A stretch of 64,000 bases of DNA from Eledone cirrhosa (GCA_964016885.1 CAXHJY010001167.1:10620-74619); one strand, 5' to 3'. Counted from the stretch's first letter, positions 43,529 through 59,573 are shown. Numbers and translations are program-made. The notes: generated from the sequence alone by a model not told the origin.

Positions 43529-46500
43529 ATGGCCAATATAAGAGTTGGATGTGTGAATTCACGCAGCCTGGGGATGTCCTGGAAACAGGGCAAACTCTTA
43601 AATGACCTCATGTCGCACAGAGTGGATGTAATGGTTATTTGCGAGTCCAAGATCAGCAGCGAGCGCCAACTGGCCCCCATCTTCGACGACTTTGAGATCT
43701 ACGCATCTCTCTGTCAACCGAGGGGTGGGGTTGTCGTTCTGCTGCGAAAATACCTGGGTCTTGCTACACAGAAAGTACACCTGGACCCGAAGAATCGACT
43801 GGTAGATTTAGACGTCGGCAGTAGTGAAGGTGGCGCTTTCAGGCTGGTGGCAGCGTATGCCCCATCTGGGAGTCCGCGACCGGACTTCTTCCGACGCCTG
43901 GAGAATTTCCTGGGAACGTCTCGCTCCTTGCTTTTAGTGGGGGACTGGAATGGTATCCTGGATGCACGTTGGGACTATGTAGGGGCATGTCCCGATAAAG
44001 GGGGTTGTAACAGCCTCAAACGATTAATCGGCCGATTTGATCTGGCCGATAGATATCGACTAGATTTTCCGACTGTGCCACTGTGGGCGTGGACTTATCG
44101 CACCGGATCATCTAGGTCGTACCTAGATAGGTTCCTAGTTAGAAATAAGGATTGGGACATATTAAGCTGTCCACGAATGTTCATGGTTGACTATTCGGAT
44201 CACAAGTTGGTGACCGGAGTGGTCAACCTTGATAGAACTCATAGACAGAGACCCGGTTACTGGAAGCTAAACTTGTCTTTACCGACAAACAAAGCTTACA
44301 GTAAGCGGATTAGCACACTAGTTAAGCAGCGGTTGACGGGGGCAATTGTCAACATCAGGTGGTGGGGCTCTCTCAAGAGAGGAATTAGAATAGAATCGAT
44401 AGGTTTTAGTCAGGAATTAGTATCAGATAGGAATAGAACTGAAAGGGAATTAATAGATAGAGTAGAAGAGGCGATTAGGAGTGACAACGTGGCTGGCGTC
44501 AAAAATTGCTCTAGACCAGTTCTTTGATGCAAAGCACGAGGGCTGCGTTGTCAGGAGTAAAATACGTGCTCTGGATAACGAGGGAGCCAAAGCCGTTAGC
44601 TGGGCCCGAGTGACAGAGGCAAAAAGTGGAAACAAGTCTACGATTCGGTCTTTGAAGGACCAGGATTGATGCGTGATCCTTGAAACTGAGCGGATGAGCG
44701 CGGCCTTTCAACGGCGCTTTGCACGACTGTTCGGGAGGGGCGGCGGGCCGGGTGAGGCCATGGATTTCGGTCCATACTTCGACGATCTGGTGCGACTCTC
44801 GGACGGGGAGGCGAAGTCCTGCGAGAGGCCGATTTCAGCCGCTGAAATAGGGGAAGCGCTGAGCCAATGCGGCAACCGCAAATCTCCGGGTCTCGATGGT
44901 CTACCATACGAACTTTATGTAGCGATGCCGGGCTTGTTCTCCGGTCTCCTCGAGGCGGTCTACTGCAACTGGCAACAGAACGGGAGAATTCCCAGTTCTG
45001 TGACCAAGGGCGTAGTCACGCTGGTGAGGAAGGACGAGAACAGGGGGGGGGGGGGCATAGATAACTTCAGGCCCATAACACTGTTAAACACAGAGTTAAA
45101 GATTTTGGCCAAGGTGTTAGCGAAGAGGTTGGCGCTTGTCGTCGGGAACCTGGTGGGAGAAGCGCAGACATGCGCAATCCCGTACAGGTCCATACACGAC
45201 AACCTCCACCTCATGCGATACATCGTAGAGAGGGTAGGGAACGAACTCGGCTTTGGTGGGTCCCTGATCAACTTGGATCAATCTAAGGCGTTCGATAGAG
45301 TTGACCATCGGTACCTGGATGCGGTGCTCGCGGCGGCAGGCTTCGGACCCGTTTTCAGGGGCTGGATTGCTGCAATGCACAGAAGCAACACCTGCTCGAG
45401 GGTCAAGGTGAACGGCTACCTCTCGGAGCCGTTCCAAATCACGTGATCCATCCGACAGAGATGCCCTCTCTCCTCCCTCCTGTATGTGCTGGCTCTCGAG
45501 CCACTACTGCGGAAGCTGGAGCTGTTGCAGGGCATCCCCTTGGAACCGGGATTGCGGAAAGCGGTGTCGGCCTACGCCGATGACGTGACAGTAATGGTGT
45601 CGTGCGCCTCGGAAATCGGGCAGATCGGCACCTTACTGGAGGAATATGAAAGGTTCACAGGAGCCAAGCCGAACCGGGACAAGTCCGTCGGTTTGCATCT
45701 CGGGACGTGGAGGTGCAAACCGCTGCCCTCCGACGGATGCTGGACGGAGGGACCGGTAAAGCTGCTCGGGTTCTGGTTCGGACCGGGCCTCCAGGTGGAG
45801 AAAAACTGGGACGAGGTAACGGGCAAGGTGTTTGCACTTTCCCAGAAGTGGGCCGAGTGCAAACTATCCCTGAAAGGTCGAGCGGAGGTGGCGAACGCTT
45901 ATATAGCGTCCGTCATTTACTACCGCTTGACCGTCGTGCCTTGCCCAGAGAAAACACTCGCCAAAATGGAGCGCGCGCTCTTCCGATTTCTTTGGAAGAA
46001 GCGGGCTCCTTTGGTGAGAAGATCCATCTGCTGTCAACACCCTTCGAACGGAGGGCTGGGGTTGCCGTGGCTGACGATGCGTAGACACGCATTAAGGCTA
46101 CGGCACCTCCAGGTATTCCTTACCGGTCTGCCGGTGTGGACCCTGTTTGTGAGGCGAGCCTTTCCGAGACTCGTCTCACTCACGGAGCTGCAATTCTGGG
46201 TCAAGCAAAGACCGAGAAAAGTGGGCGACTGGCACATTGAATGTGCCCAGGCGCTCACGGCCCTCTGGCAAGCGGATCCGGCAATCAGTGGAGACTCAAC
46301 CTCAACATTCTATAGAGGGTTGGTGCGCAGTAAGTGCGACGACGCTCTCGGACAGGCTCTGGGCATGGAGGAAGATGAGCTGGCCAGTCTGTTCGGTAGG
46401 ACGTTTGGCCCGGGACCGATGGACAACTTCCAAAAGTCCCTGACTTGGCAATGTTACCGAGGAGCTCTACCCGTTCGGGACAAGCTCTACAGACACGGGC

Positions 46501-46946
46501 GCCCGGGTAGGGACCCCTCAAAGAAGATCTGTCCGAGATGCGTGCGTGACGAGGAAACCGTCGCACACGCATTCGTACACTGCCCGGGCGTTGCTGACCT
46601 GTGGGGCTATGTGGAACGACTACTGTGGTGGGTGGGACCAATCCGGTTGACCACCGAGAACATTGTCACGATCAAACCGCCTCCCCCTTTCAAAAACGAA
46701 GGAGAGGCGGTTTTCCTCTGTGTGATAGCTATGGCGAAAGAAGTTGTATGGTGGACAAGGTTGAAAGGGCTCATGTCAGACACCTTTCTCTCCGGCCAAC
46801 AACTGGTCTTTTTTTTCAAGTACCACTTTAGAAGAAGGATCAGAATGGAGAGAGAGGTGCTCTACCCCAGCAAGTTTTATGAAAGGTGGGTGAAAGTAGC
46901 GAGAATGGCCCGAGTGAATGGGCCTTCTCTCTATATCAGCCTTTAG
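43529..46946 (+). pseudogene. LINE ORF2 (APE endonuclease + reverse transcriptase + zinc finger), split by frameshifts/stop at ~44500, ~44670 and 45446
   Basis: Consecutive ORFs 43529-44527, 44481-44669, 44673-45446 and 45486-46946 carry the canonical motifs in order. Confidence 0.9.
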
Positions 46947-47188
46947 GTGAGAGAGGAGAAGAATGAGAAGAGGAAGGAAGCACCCGCTCTTTGTGCTCCT
47001 GAAGAGGAGGGTTGCACATTTTTCGGGGGTGTGTGCGACCCATGTCAACGCTCCTCCCTATTGAGGACATCGATTGTTAAATTTAATTTGTTAAATGTTA
47101 TTTTACACGTCTTTTTAAATGTATGTAAACTCCCCCCTTTGTATTTGTCCCAATCTTTGATGCCCTGGTGGCAAATTAATAGAAATTT

Positions 47189-47810
47189 ATATCAATAACC
47201 ACCAAACTCTCCCCCTCTCTGTATCTACGACACGGAACTCGCTTCCAATACCCCTCTCTATATCAATAAATATCAATCTCTCCTCCGCTCTATATCTACC
47301 ACACATCACTCTCTCTCTCATTCCTTCCCACTCTATCTATCACTAACAAACTCTCCCCTCTCTATATCTATCAATACCTATCTCTATCAATCCTCTCCCT
47401 TGATTCATTACCACCAACATCTCACCCTCTCTAAATCAACCATACAATATACACTCCCCCTCTATATCAATTAACAACAAACTCTCCACCTCTCTATATC
47501 TACTACACAGAACTCTCTTCCAATCCCCTTCTCTATATCAATTTACACCAAACTCGCCCTCTCTATATATCTACTAAAAGATACTCTCTTCCATTCCCCT
47601 GTTTATACTAATTATCACCAAACTCTCTCCCTCTCTATATCTTCCACACGGAACTCTCTTCCAATACCTCTCTCTATATCAATAAATATCAATCTCTCCC
47701 CCTCTCTATATATCCAATATACAATACATTCTCCCAACCTTCCTCTCTATGTCAATTACCCACAAGCTCCCCGCTCTCTATATCTATATATATCTCTCCC
47801 TTCTGTCTCT
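47189..47810. repeat. Degenerate CT-rich minisatellite, right part
   Basis: Same unit as 40885-41490. Confidence 0.8.
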
Positions 47811-47930
47811 ACATAACATGTACATAGATTGTAGTGCATATACAAACAGATGTGTGTTTTGGTAGATTGGGGAAATAAGTATAATTATTGTGGAGGGAGG
47901 GGGGTTGGCCCCCTACGGCCACCGCCCCTG

Positions 47931-48055
<125 letters not shown>

Positions 48056-48074
48056 CGTGCGCGTGTGCGTGTGA

Positions 48075-48217
48075 AAGTGCGTGGCTGAGTGGTGAGAGAA
48101 TTGGATTCGCAATCGTGAGGTTGTGAGTTCGATTGCCAGACAGGGCGATGCGTTATGGAGTTGCGACCAATGGAAACATAGTTTTCTCGGTCCGATTTGA
48201 CGAAAGTCGACCGACAG

Positions 48218-48220
<3 letters not shown>
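48075..48220 (+). mobile_element. tRNA-derived SINE head
   Basis: GTGGCTGAGTGGTGAGAG...GTGAGTTCGATTGCC contains A and B boxes. Confidence 0.5.
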
Positions 48221-49790
<1,570 letters not shown>

Positions 49791-49875
49791 AAACATATCA
49801 TCCGCACAGCCAAAATCAAAACGACCAAGTAATTCGGGTCAAACAATAAAAATATATGTGTTGATACTTTCCCGT

Positions 49876-51202
<1,327 letters not shown>

Positions 51203-51203
<1 letters not shown>

Positions 51204-51812
51204 GGTGGCTGCCAACTCGTTTTCGAGTACGGCCACTACTTTATATCCATGTAGGAGAACCCCTACCGATGTGCTGAACGAGTGTGACTTTTTAGTCCAG
51301 CCAGCGACTTGAAAACTCTGGTACAAACACTACACTTGTGACAATTACTGACACATAGTGCTGGGCCCATGGTACCATGTGACGACAAGTGCAGAGAGAT
51401 CTCCAGATATAAAGCAATGCCTGTGCCGTGAAGCTTTTATAGTGAGCAAAGGCACTGCACAAAGCCAGTCCCACTCTCTTAACCAAGATGATATTTACCA
51501 AAAAGAAGAACAAGTCAACATCATTGGATACCATCAGGGTTGCAGGTGTTATATCAGAGTTTTCCTTCTCCTAGAATTCTGCCTTGACAAAGGCTAAGGG
51601 GTCATCTCTCCCGGTGATTTTGGATGGCCATTGACTCTTAAGAGCTCCTTTGCCCTTTGACAGGTTTTGTTTTTAGTCCTGCAGGATGTCCAAAGTCACC
51701 CGCCTCACCAAGAAACCTTGGTGGGGTTGCCAGTTTAGTCGCCAACGACCCGACCATGGGACAGGTTGTACTGGGATACATGTTACCAGTAGCACCAACT
51801 GGTGACCTGACA
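51203..51812 (-). mobile_element. RTE-related non-autonomous element family 1, copy 3
   Basis: Full-length match to 519-1128. Confidence 0.75.
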
Positions 51813-51818
51813 TAATAT

Positions 51819-52009
51819 ACTCACCTTTTGAAAAGCAGAAGAACTGCGAAACCGGTAAAGGAACCAAATAAATATATATATTTAAAAAAAAAATAAGACT
51901 TCAGTTGCATTTTCGATTTCATCCCTTTTTCTTTATACTTCCACTCGTGTAGGACACCTCGGTTATTTTTCATTTTGTAAAAAAAACCTCACTTTCTAAT
52001 ATATATATG

Positions 52010-52041
<32 letters not shown>

Positions 52042-52045
52042 CATG

Positions 52046-52113
<68 letters not shown>

Positions 52114-52131
52114 CATGTATATATATATATT

Positions 52132-52182
<51 letters not shown>

Positions 52183-52183
52183 G

Positions 52184-52241
<58 letters not shown>

Positions 52242-52250
52242 CATATATAT

Positions 52251-52313
<63 letters not shown>

Positions 52314-52404
52314 CATATATATATACATATATATATATATATACATATATATATACATATATACATATATATATACATATATATATACATATATATATAT
52401 ATAC

Positions 52405-52435
<31 letters not shown>

Positions 52436-52464
52436 GATATACATATATATATATATATATATAC

Positions 52465-52549
<85 letters not shown>

Positions 52550-52550
52550 C

Positions 52551-52601
<51 letters not shown>

Positions 52602-52619
52602 AATATATATATATACATG

Positions 52620-52687
<68 letters not shown>

Positions 52688-52691
52688 CATG

Positions 52692-52723
<32 letters not shown>

Positions 52724-52914
52724 CATATATATATTAGAAAGTGAGGTTTTTTTTACAAAATGAAAAATAACCGAGGTGTCCTACACGAGTGGAAGTATAA
52801 AGAAAAAGGGATGAAATCGAAAATGCAACTGAAGTCTTATTTTTTTTAAAAATATATATATTTATTTGGTTCCTTTACCGGTTTCGCAGTTCTTCTGCTT
52901 TTCAAAAGGTGAGT
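51819..52914. repeat. Foldback: ~180-bp inverted arms around a (TA)n core
   Basis: 51819-52000 is the reverse complement of 52733-52914. The structure is repeated at 59139-60378. Confidence 0.85.
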
Positions 52915-52963
52915 TGAGATGGAGGGTCTGTGGTTTTTCTCACATCTGGTTGGTCTCTAAATG

Positions 52964-53291
<328 letters not shown>

Positions 53292-53319
53292 GCATATATA
53301 TATATATATACATATATAT

Positions 53320-53352
<33 letters not shown>

Positions 53353-53501
53353 TATATATATACATATATATATATATACATATATATATACATATATATA
53401 TATATATACATATATATATACATATATACATATATATATATACATAGCGGCGATGAATTAGTTTTGCGAGGTTTTTTATATGAAATCGTGTGTCGAAACA
53501 G

Positions 53502-55797
53502 ATATTGTTATATTTGGGGAGGGTCATATTTGCGTAATATTGCCAGAATTAATAACAGAACACACTCACTGTTTGGTTGGTTTTCGCTTCTCGCTGTCTT
53601 TTATATATATATATCTGCGATCTAGCTTACTCGGTCCTCAATGTTGCCATTGACTGACCGGCGGTCAAAAATAATACAGATACAATATAGACAAACACAT
53701 ATATATATAGTTTACATAAATCTTTCGTTGCACATCTGCAACATCGTCAGTGGTGTTATATTCATTGTTCCTCCTGTTGTGTTGTATGTCTACGCCATTT
53801 TTTTTGTTCAGTCTGTCTATATATTTATTTATTTATTTGCTTGTTTGTTTATCTTATTTTATTTTGTCTTCTTTGCGCATGCGTTTGCGTGTGTGTATAG
53901 TGTTATGTGTGATGTGTGATGTGTGACTAGTGTGTATAGTGTTGTCTGCTGGGTGACTAGTGTGTGTTTATGTGCTTGTGTATGTATTTATTTATCTTAT
54001 TTTATTTAATTTAATTTACTTATTTATTTATACTTCTCTTAGGTCAGTGTTGTTTGTTTGGGTGTTGTTGTTGTTCCACTCATTCTTTCTGTTTAGCTTT
54101 GGTCTTCTAATTTCTATTTCACTGGCCTCTCTGATTTGCCTATCTGCTGGGTCATTCCTATGTTTAGATATTATTCTAATTTCTATGTTGTCTATGTTAC
54201 CGTCATGATGTTGTCTAGCATGTTCGTATAGTACTGACCCGTTTTTTCGTCCTTTTAGTTCCCCCCAGTGTTGGTCTATCCTTTCACCTATGCTACGAGC
54301 TGTCTCACCTATGTATGTTGTTGTCGTGTTTCTGCAAGTACCCTCTGTACATCTTATGCTATAGACTACGTTTCTAGTTTTACAGTTTATCCGGGGGTTC
54401 ACCTTACATATGATACATTTCCTATTGGTACAGTGGGTTTTCTTAAAAGGGTAGGTTTTGCTGATCAGGGATTTTATGGTGGTTCCTGGCTTTTCTACCA
54501 CCTTTATTTTTAAGTGGGTCTTTCTCAGGGCCTTTCTACACTGGTTAGCTAATTTCCCTCCAGGGGTGGCGTCCACAAACATGACACTCTGATATCTCTG
54601 GTTGTCGTACCATGATGTGGCCTTCCCTATCTTATGTCTAGCCCTATCTAAGCTATTCCATGATTTGCTCCTGTATAGTGGGCAAATTCCTTTCATGTCC
54701 AGTTCTATGAGGGTCTTATACTTTTCCATGGCTCCTTCGTATACTCTGACTCTGTCTCTTTGGTTGTAGCCAGAGAACTGCATGCGGTTGATGAAGTGTT
54801 GGATGTGTCCTTCCATTTCTGTTGGGTCGCACATGCTGGACACATTCTTCATCACTCGTACCAAATCTGCGATCAGAATATTAAACTTAGCACTACTGGA
54901 CATTGCTGAGTTTTTGAGTATCAGGTATTTGGAGGCCATGGGTTTAGCATAGTGTGAGTGGAGAATTTGGGCTCTCTCGTCTATAGTGTTAATCCAGAGT
55001 TCTGTGTCTAATACAGGTAGTCTATTGTTAGGGTGTTTGGAAGGGAAGTCTATAGTTACAGTTATACTCTGGTGTATGGAATTAGCTATCTGCTGGATGC
55101 TTTCCATCGTGCTACGTTCTAAATCAAACTTGTTAGTGCTGTCTAGTGGGGGTGTTCTTATAACTATATTGATATCGTCTACATAACGAGAGTACATGAT
55201 GAGGTCTATGGAGCTTTCATTAAGGAGATCTTTAAGTCTCCTTTCCCACCATACCATGAAAAGGTTGGCAACATCGCCAGCTATGCTGACGCCGATGGCT
55301 GCTCCCTCATTTTGGGTGTAGATTTTTCTCATTGAACTTAAATATGTGGCCCTTTAGGGTAGTTTTGATACTAGCCCCTATTGCATGTGCGACCATTTTT
55401 CTTACTGATCAGTGTTTTGGGGGGTCCGTATAGCTTTGGTCCACCCAATCCACCTTCCTATGGGAGTCTTTTTAGCCATTGAGGTTATGGTGGGGGGTCT
55501 ACCTCTTATAGGTCTACTAGGGCAGAAACATCTAAGGTCATGGCTGTCTAGGTAGTCAGTGTCGTAGGTCAAGTCTAAGTAGGAGGCCCAGTTCGTCTGT
55601 GTCGACGTCGCAGAACTCCACCTCACTCTCAATGATCATCTCCACACATCTTTTCACAGCAAAATCAATGTTAATGGATGGGTACAGTGACACCACATCC
55701 ATGCTGCCTATTATGCAGTTGGATAGGCTCCTGTTTTTGTTGCACTCACTGATTCTGCTGAGGAGGTCCTCTGTACTTTCACATACATCTGGGGACA
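53502..55797 (-). mobile_element. Penelope-like element (RT + GIY-YIG), probably Naiad clade, 5'-truncated; left arm of palindrome
   Basis: Motifs GSMDVVSLYPSI, QNEGAAIGVSIAGDVANLFM and YSRYVDD (RT); CxxxxCxxC linker; NVVYSIRC...YIGETARSIGERIDQH...E..I.RPKLN (GIY-YIG). Confidence 0.88.
54028..55332 (-). CDS. Penelope-like RT C-terminal half + GIY-YIG endonuclease (uninterrupted 434-aa segment)
   Basis: From the ORF track, with the motifs above. The upstream RT part continues in other frames to ~55797. Confidence 0.8.
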   Translation of the reverse strand: MRKIYTQNEGAAIGVSIAGDVANLFMVWWERRLKDLLNESSIDLIMYSRYVDDINIVIRTPPLDSTNKFDLERSTMESIQQIANSIHQSITVTIDFPSKHPNNRLPVLDTELWINTIDERAQILHSHYAKPMASKYLILKNSAMSSSAKFNILIADLVRVMKNVSSMCDPTEMEGHIQHFINRMQFSGYNQRDRVRVYEGAMEKYKTLIELDMKGICPLYRSKSWNSLDRARHKIGKATSWYDNQRYQSVMFVDATPGGKLANQCRKALRKTHLKIKVVEKPGTTIKSLISKTYPFKKTHCTNRKCIICKVNPRINCKTRNVVYSIRCTEGTCRNTTTTYIGETARSIGERIDQHWGELKGRKNGSVLYEHARQHHDGNIDNIEIRIISKHRNDPADRQIREASEIEIRRPKLNRKNEWNNNNTQTNNTDLREV

Positions 55798-55800
55798 AGA

Positions 55801-58110
55801 TGTCCCCAGATGTATGTGAAGAGTACAGAGGACCTCCTCAGCAGAATCAGTGAGTGCAACAAAAACAGGAGCCTATCCAACTGCATAATAGGCAGCATGG
55901 ATGTGGTGTCACTGTACCCATCCATTAACATTGATTTTGCTGTGAAAAGATGTGTGGAGATGATCATTGAGAGTGAGGTGGAGTTCTGCGACGTCGACAC
56001 AGACGAACTGGGCCTCCTACTTAGACTTACCTACGACACTGACTACCTAGACAGCCATGACCTTAGATGTTTCTGCCCTAGTAGACCTATAAGAGGTAGA
56101 CCCCCCACCATAACCTCAATGGCTAAAAAGACTCCCATAGGAAGGTGGATTGGGGTGGACCAAAGCTATACGGACCCCCCCAAAACACTGATCAGGTAAG
56201 AAAAATGGTCGCACATGCAATAGGGGCTAGTATCAAAACTACCCTAAAGGGCCACATATTTTAAGTTCAATGAGAAAATCTACACCCAAAATGAGGGAGC
56301 AGCCATCGGCGTCAGCATAGCTGGCGATGTTGCCAACCTTTTCATGGTATGGTGGGAAAGGAGACTTAAAGATCTCCTTAATGAAAGCTCCATAGACCTC
56401 ATCATGTACTCTCGTTATGTAGACGATATCAATATAGTTATAAGAACACCCCCACTAGACAGCACTAACAAGTTTGATTTAGAACGTAGCACGATGGAAA
56501 GCATCCAGCAGATAGCTAATTCCATACACCAGAGTATAACTGTAACTATAGACTTCCCTTCCAAACACCCTAACAATAGACTACCTGTATTAGACACAGA
56601 ACTCTGCGATTAACACTATAGACGAGAGAGCCCAAATTCTCCACTCACACTATGCTAAACCCATGGCCTCCAAATACCTGATACTCAAAAACTCAGCAAT
56701 GTCCAGTAGTGCTAAGTTTAATATTCTGATCGCAGATTTGGTACGAGTGATGAAGAATGTGTCCAGCATGTGCGACCCAACAGAAATGGAAGGACACATC
56801 CAACACTTCATCAACCGCATGCAGTTCTCTGGCTACAACCAAAGAGACAGAGTCAGAGTATACGAAGGAGCCATGGAAAAGTATAAGACCCTCATAGAAC
56901 TGGACATGAAAGGAATTTGCCCACTATACAGGAGCAAATCATGGAATAGCTTAGATAGGGCTAGACATAAGATAGGGAAGGCCACATCATGGTACGACAA
57001 CCAGAGATATCAGAGTGTCATGTTTGTGGGACGCCACCCCTGGAGGGAAATTAGCTAACCAGTGTAGAAAGGCCCTGAGAAAGACCCACTTAAAAATAAA
57101 GGTGGTAGAAAAGCCAGGAACCACCATAAAATCCCTGATCAGCAAAACCTACACCTTTGTAAGAAAACCCACTGTACCAATAGGAAATGTATCATATGTA
57201 AGGTGAACCCCGGATAAACTGTAAAACTAGAAACGTAGTCTATAGCATAAGATTGTACAGAGGGTACTTGCAGAAACACGACAACAACATACATAGGTGA
57301 GACAGCTCGTAGCATAGGTGAAAGGATAGACCAACACTGGGGGGAACTAAAAGGACGAAAAAACGGGTCAGTACTATAGAACATGCTAGACAACATCATG
57401 ACGGTAACATAGACAACATAGAAATTAGAATAATATCTAAACATAGGAATGACCCAGCAGATAGGCAAATCAGAGAGGCCAGTGAAATAGAAATTAGAAG
57501 ACCAAAGCTAAACAGAAAGAATGAGTGGAACAACAACAACACCCAAACAAACAACACTGACCTAAGAGAAGTATAAATAAATAAGTAAATTAAATTAAAT
57601 AAAATAAGATAAATAAATACATACACAAGCACATAAACACACACTAGTCACCCAGCAGACAACACTATACACACTAGTCACACATCACACATCACACATA
57701 ACACTATACACACACGCAAACGCATGCGCAAAGAAGACAAAATAAAATAAGATAAACAAACAAGCAAATAAATAAATAAATATATAGACAGACTGAACAA
57801 AAAAAAAATGGCGTAGACATACAACACAACAGGAGGAACAATGAATATAACACCACTGACGATGTTGCAGATGTGCAACGAAAGATTTATGTAAACTATA
57901 TATATTATGTGTCTTTGTCTATATTGTATCTGTATTATTTTGACCGCCGGTCAGTCAATGGCAACATTGAGGGACCGAGTAAGCTAGATCGCAGAGATAT
58001 TATATATAAAAGACAGCGAGAAGCGAAACAACCACCAAACAGTGAGTGTGTTCTGTTATTAATTCTGGCAATATTACGCAAATATGACCCTCCCCAAATA
58101 TTAACAATAT
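55801..58110 (+). mobile_element. Right arm of the Penelope-like palindrome (same element, more indels)
   Basis: Reverse complement of 53502-55797. ORF pieces 55810-56199, 56344-56613, 56663-57058 and 57015-57206; stop at ~57576. Confidence 0.85.
57851..57892 (+). ncRNA. Degenerate minimal hammerhead motif in the PLE 3' region (mirror copy at 53714-53755, minus)
   Basis: CACCA-CTGACGA-T-GTTGCA-GATG-TGCAAC-GAAA-GATTTATG. The core and stem II are intact; stems I and III are eroded. Confidence 0.5.
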
Positions 58111-58146
58111 ATATACATATATATATACATATATATATATATATAC

Positions 58147-58177
<31 letters not shown>

Positions 58178-58216
58178 GATATACATATATATATATATAT
58201 ATATATACATATATAT

Positions 58217-58292
<76 letters not shown>

Positions 58293-58323
58293 CATATATA
58301 TATATACATATATATATATACAC

Positions 58324-58358
<35 letters not shown>

Positions 58359-58379
58359 CATATATATATAATATATACA

Positions 58380-58410
<31 letters not shown>

Positions 58411-58430
58411 TATAACATATATATATATAG

Positions 58431-58520
<90 letters not shown>

Positions 58521-58521
<1 letters not shown>

Positions 58522-59131
58522 GGTGGCTGCCAACTCGTTTTCGAGTACGGCCACTACTTTATATCCATGTAGGAGAACCCCTACCGATGTGCTGAACGAG
58601 GTGTGACTTTTTAGTCCAGCCAGCGACTTGAAAACTCTGGTACAAACACTACACTTGTGACAATTACTGACACATAGTGCTGGGCCCATGGTACCATGTG
58701 ACGACAAGTGCAGAGAGATCTCCAGATATAAAGCAATGCCTGTGCCGTGAAGCTTTTATAGTGAGCAAAGGCACTGCACAAAGCCAGTCCCACTCTCTTA
58801 ACCAAGATGATATTTACCAAAAAGAAGAACAAGTCAACATCATTGGATACCATCAGGGTTGCAGGTGTTATATCAGAGTTTTCCTTCTCCTAGAATTCTG
58901 CCTTGACAAAGGCTAAGGGGTCATCTCTCCGGTGATTTTGGATGGCCATTGACTCTTAAGAGCTCCTTTGCCCTTTGACAGGTTTTGTTTTTAGTCCTGC
59001 AGGATGTCCAAAGTCACCCTCCTCACCAAGAAACCTTGGTGGGGTTGCCAGTTTAGTCGCCAACGACCCGACCATGGGACAGGTTTGTACTGGGATACAT
59101 GTTACCAGTAGCACCAACTGGTGACCTGACA
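58521..59131 (-). mobile_element. RTE-related non-autonomous element family 1, copy 4 (part of a duplicated block)
   Basis: Matches 51203-51812 apart from scattered 1-nt indels and one substitution, and has the same downstream flank. Confidence 0.75.
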
Positions 59132-59138
59132 TAATTAT

Positions 59139-59370
59139 ACTCACCTTTTGAAAAGCAGAAGAACTGCGAAACCGGTAAAGGAACCAAATAAATATATATA
59201 ATTAAAAAAAAAATAAGACTTCAGTTGCATTTTCGATTTCATCCCTTTTTCTTTATACTTCCACCTCGTGTAGGACACCTCGGTTATTTTTCATTTTGTA
59301 AAAAAAACCTCACTTTCTAATATATATATGTATATATATATATTATATGTATATATATAATATACATGTA

Positions 59371-59439
<69 letters not shown>

Positions 59440-59541
59440 CATGTATAATATAATATACATGTATATATATATATTTATGTATATATATATATATATATAT
59501 GTATAGTATATATATATACATGTATATATATATATTTATGT

Positions 59542-59573
<32 letters not shown>

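Larger units (their letters stand above)
41491..47188 (+). mobile_element. Near full-length Tx1/L1-clade LINE (ORF1 plus APE-RT ORF2), mildly disabled
   Basis: ORF1 fragments include the CCHC knuckle CYHCLSRGHLRAAC. ORF2 has APE motifs (GDWN, YLDR, SDH), RT motifs (SPGLDG, RPITLLN, DQSKAFDRV, YADD) and C-terminal CPRC..ETVAHAF.HC. Candidate 14-bp TSD at 41477-41490 / 47189-47202. Confidence 0.9.

Noticed and set aside
54028-55332. Selenoprotein-type Naiad (in-frame UGA plus SECIS)
   Set aside because: The 434-aa segment has no in-frame UGA, Cys positions are ordinary codons, and I see no convincing SECIS in the 3' region.
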